Of a stretch of 64,000 nucleotides of DNA, positions 62,833-64,000 are shown piece by piece. Numbering within the stretch: position 1 is the first letter of the stretch; each line of letters starts with the position of its first letter. This DNA is from Takakia lepidozioides. Its lineage: Eukaryota; Plantae; Bryophyta. The notes under the pieces are model-generated. The model made no database searches, was not told the DNA's origin, and saw nothing but the letters and a program-made list of their open reading frames with translations. The DNA is taken from NCBI GenBank assembly GCA_030704615.1, contig CM060732.1:41478001-41542000 (forward strand). Reading direction: 5' to 3'. The translations under genes and the position numbers were made by a program.

Positions 62833-63669
62833 CAGGGCATGGTATTCTTCCTGATGTTTACAAGGTTTAGGGGAGAGTTTAGGGAAGCGATCCTTTTGGG
62901 TTGATGGGAGGGCAAATCCTCCATGGGTCATGACACAAGGTCAAGGACAATGTGGTGAGGGCACCTTCTTCTTCGACCTATTTCAGCCTGTCTTGCCCTC
63001 TCAACAGAGTCGGCCCTGAATTTGCAGCACTGAGCAGACCTGGCATGAGGGACAACTGCAATTGCAAGGTGTGGCGTTTTCTTAAGGTACGATGTGAAGA
63101 TTTTTTTCTGTCTGGAATGTTGATGGAGAACCGAATCTTGGTTGTGTAAAACTCATCAGGGTTACAGCTCATGCGGGACGGACACAGAGAGGAAGCCTCT
63201 TTCACAAACTCCTGAGAGATGAAGGCTCCAGGTGAAAGCTCTCCCAACAATCGTGCACACTGAGCATTGACAGACTCTTTGGGCATGCATGCAGGTGCAA
63301 CCCTAGGCCGATGGGGTAATTGCAGGGCCCAGTTCACAACTGAAAGATTTCGATATGATGAATGAGGGGCTGGATTTTTATCAAAACTGATTAAGCGGTG
63401 CATTAAGGGCCAGCCAAGGTGCAAGCATTCCTCTGCAGATCCTGGGGCAGAGTCTGCCGAATCATCTCCTGGCAAATTGTCTAAAGACCTGCTTTTGCGG
63501 GCTCTTGCCTCCTGTTAGTACCTGATTTGGTATTCTTCCAGATGTTTACAAGGTTCTTGGGAGAGTCAGCTTGTTCTAAGCAGGCCGTGCTCAGCTGCAC
63601 CGTGGTGGTTCTCACTGACCAATCCGTCGTTACCTGACTACAGACAAGTATGCACACACAAGAGGTCCT

Positions 63670-63830
63670 CTTTTGATCTCAGTCCAAACCAGGAAGTGGT
63701 CAGAGGTACCAATATCAGTTTTGTCGATCAACACATTGGCACACTGGGGGAACAAATTTTTGTCCATTATGATATAGTCCACAATGGAACGTTTAGGGTT
63801 TGGGATTTCTGACGAGTCCATTGCACTTGG
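63670..63830 (-). mobile_element. LINE apurinic-like endonuclease fragment
   Basis: SIVDYII...IGTSDHFLVWTEI, the conserved C-terminal APE motifs. Confidence 0.85.
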
Positions 63831-64000
63831 TCACCTACAGTTGAAGTCCTTGCCCTTGGTTGTCTTCCTAGAGCGCGCCCCATTGAATCACCAATGTGTA
63901 AGACCGCTCTCCAGCCAGTCAAGGGACAAACTTCTTTGAGATTGAATTGATGTGGGACTCTATTAGAAGCACTTTTGGTCATTGCAACCTTCAACGTACA

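Noticed and set aside
62426-62931. Arg/Glu-rich or Ser/Leu/Pro-rich ORFs
   Set aside because: Translations of the CT-rich low-complexity tract.
57981-63669. Block Y pair as TIRs of one 5.7-kb DNA transposon
   Set aside because: No TSD, and homology extends outside the left repeat (block X), so these are better explained as two separate copies of a repeat.

Overview
Eukaryotic nuclear DNA from a land plant. The spliceosomal introns, PLS/DYW PPR genes and retroelement styles suggest a seed-free plant such as a bryophyte, which is inference only. The first 17 kb is a pentatricopeptide-repeat (PPR) gene cluster. It holds a disrupted P-type PPR gene, two near-identical PLS-E-DYW C-to-U editing-factor genes arranged tail-to-tail as a 2561-bp inverted repeat (6118-8678 / 11483-14043) around a frameshifted PLS-E pseudogene, and a PLS-only gene. 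Next come a PTH2-family peptidyl-tRNA hydrolase, a 5-exon remorin, a repeat/transposon block (tRNA-SINE, telomere-like repeats, ~117-bp satellite, pogo/DDE_1 transposase with an internal inversion) and a 19-exon C2 + class-3 lipase (HIL1/At4g13550-like). The last ~15 kb is TE-rich: solo-LTR-like element, DYW/PPR relics, CACTA pieces, gag relic and a LINE endonuclease. The most striking observation is the DYW inverted repeat. Its arms are nearly identical over the RNA-binding array but differ at about 10 sites, almost all CpG/CHG transitions, concentrated in the deaminase domain and 3' end. All alignments and splice sites were read by eye.
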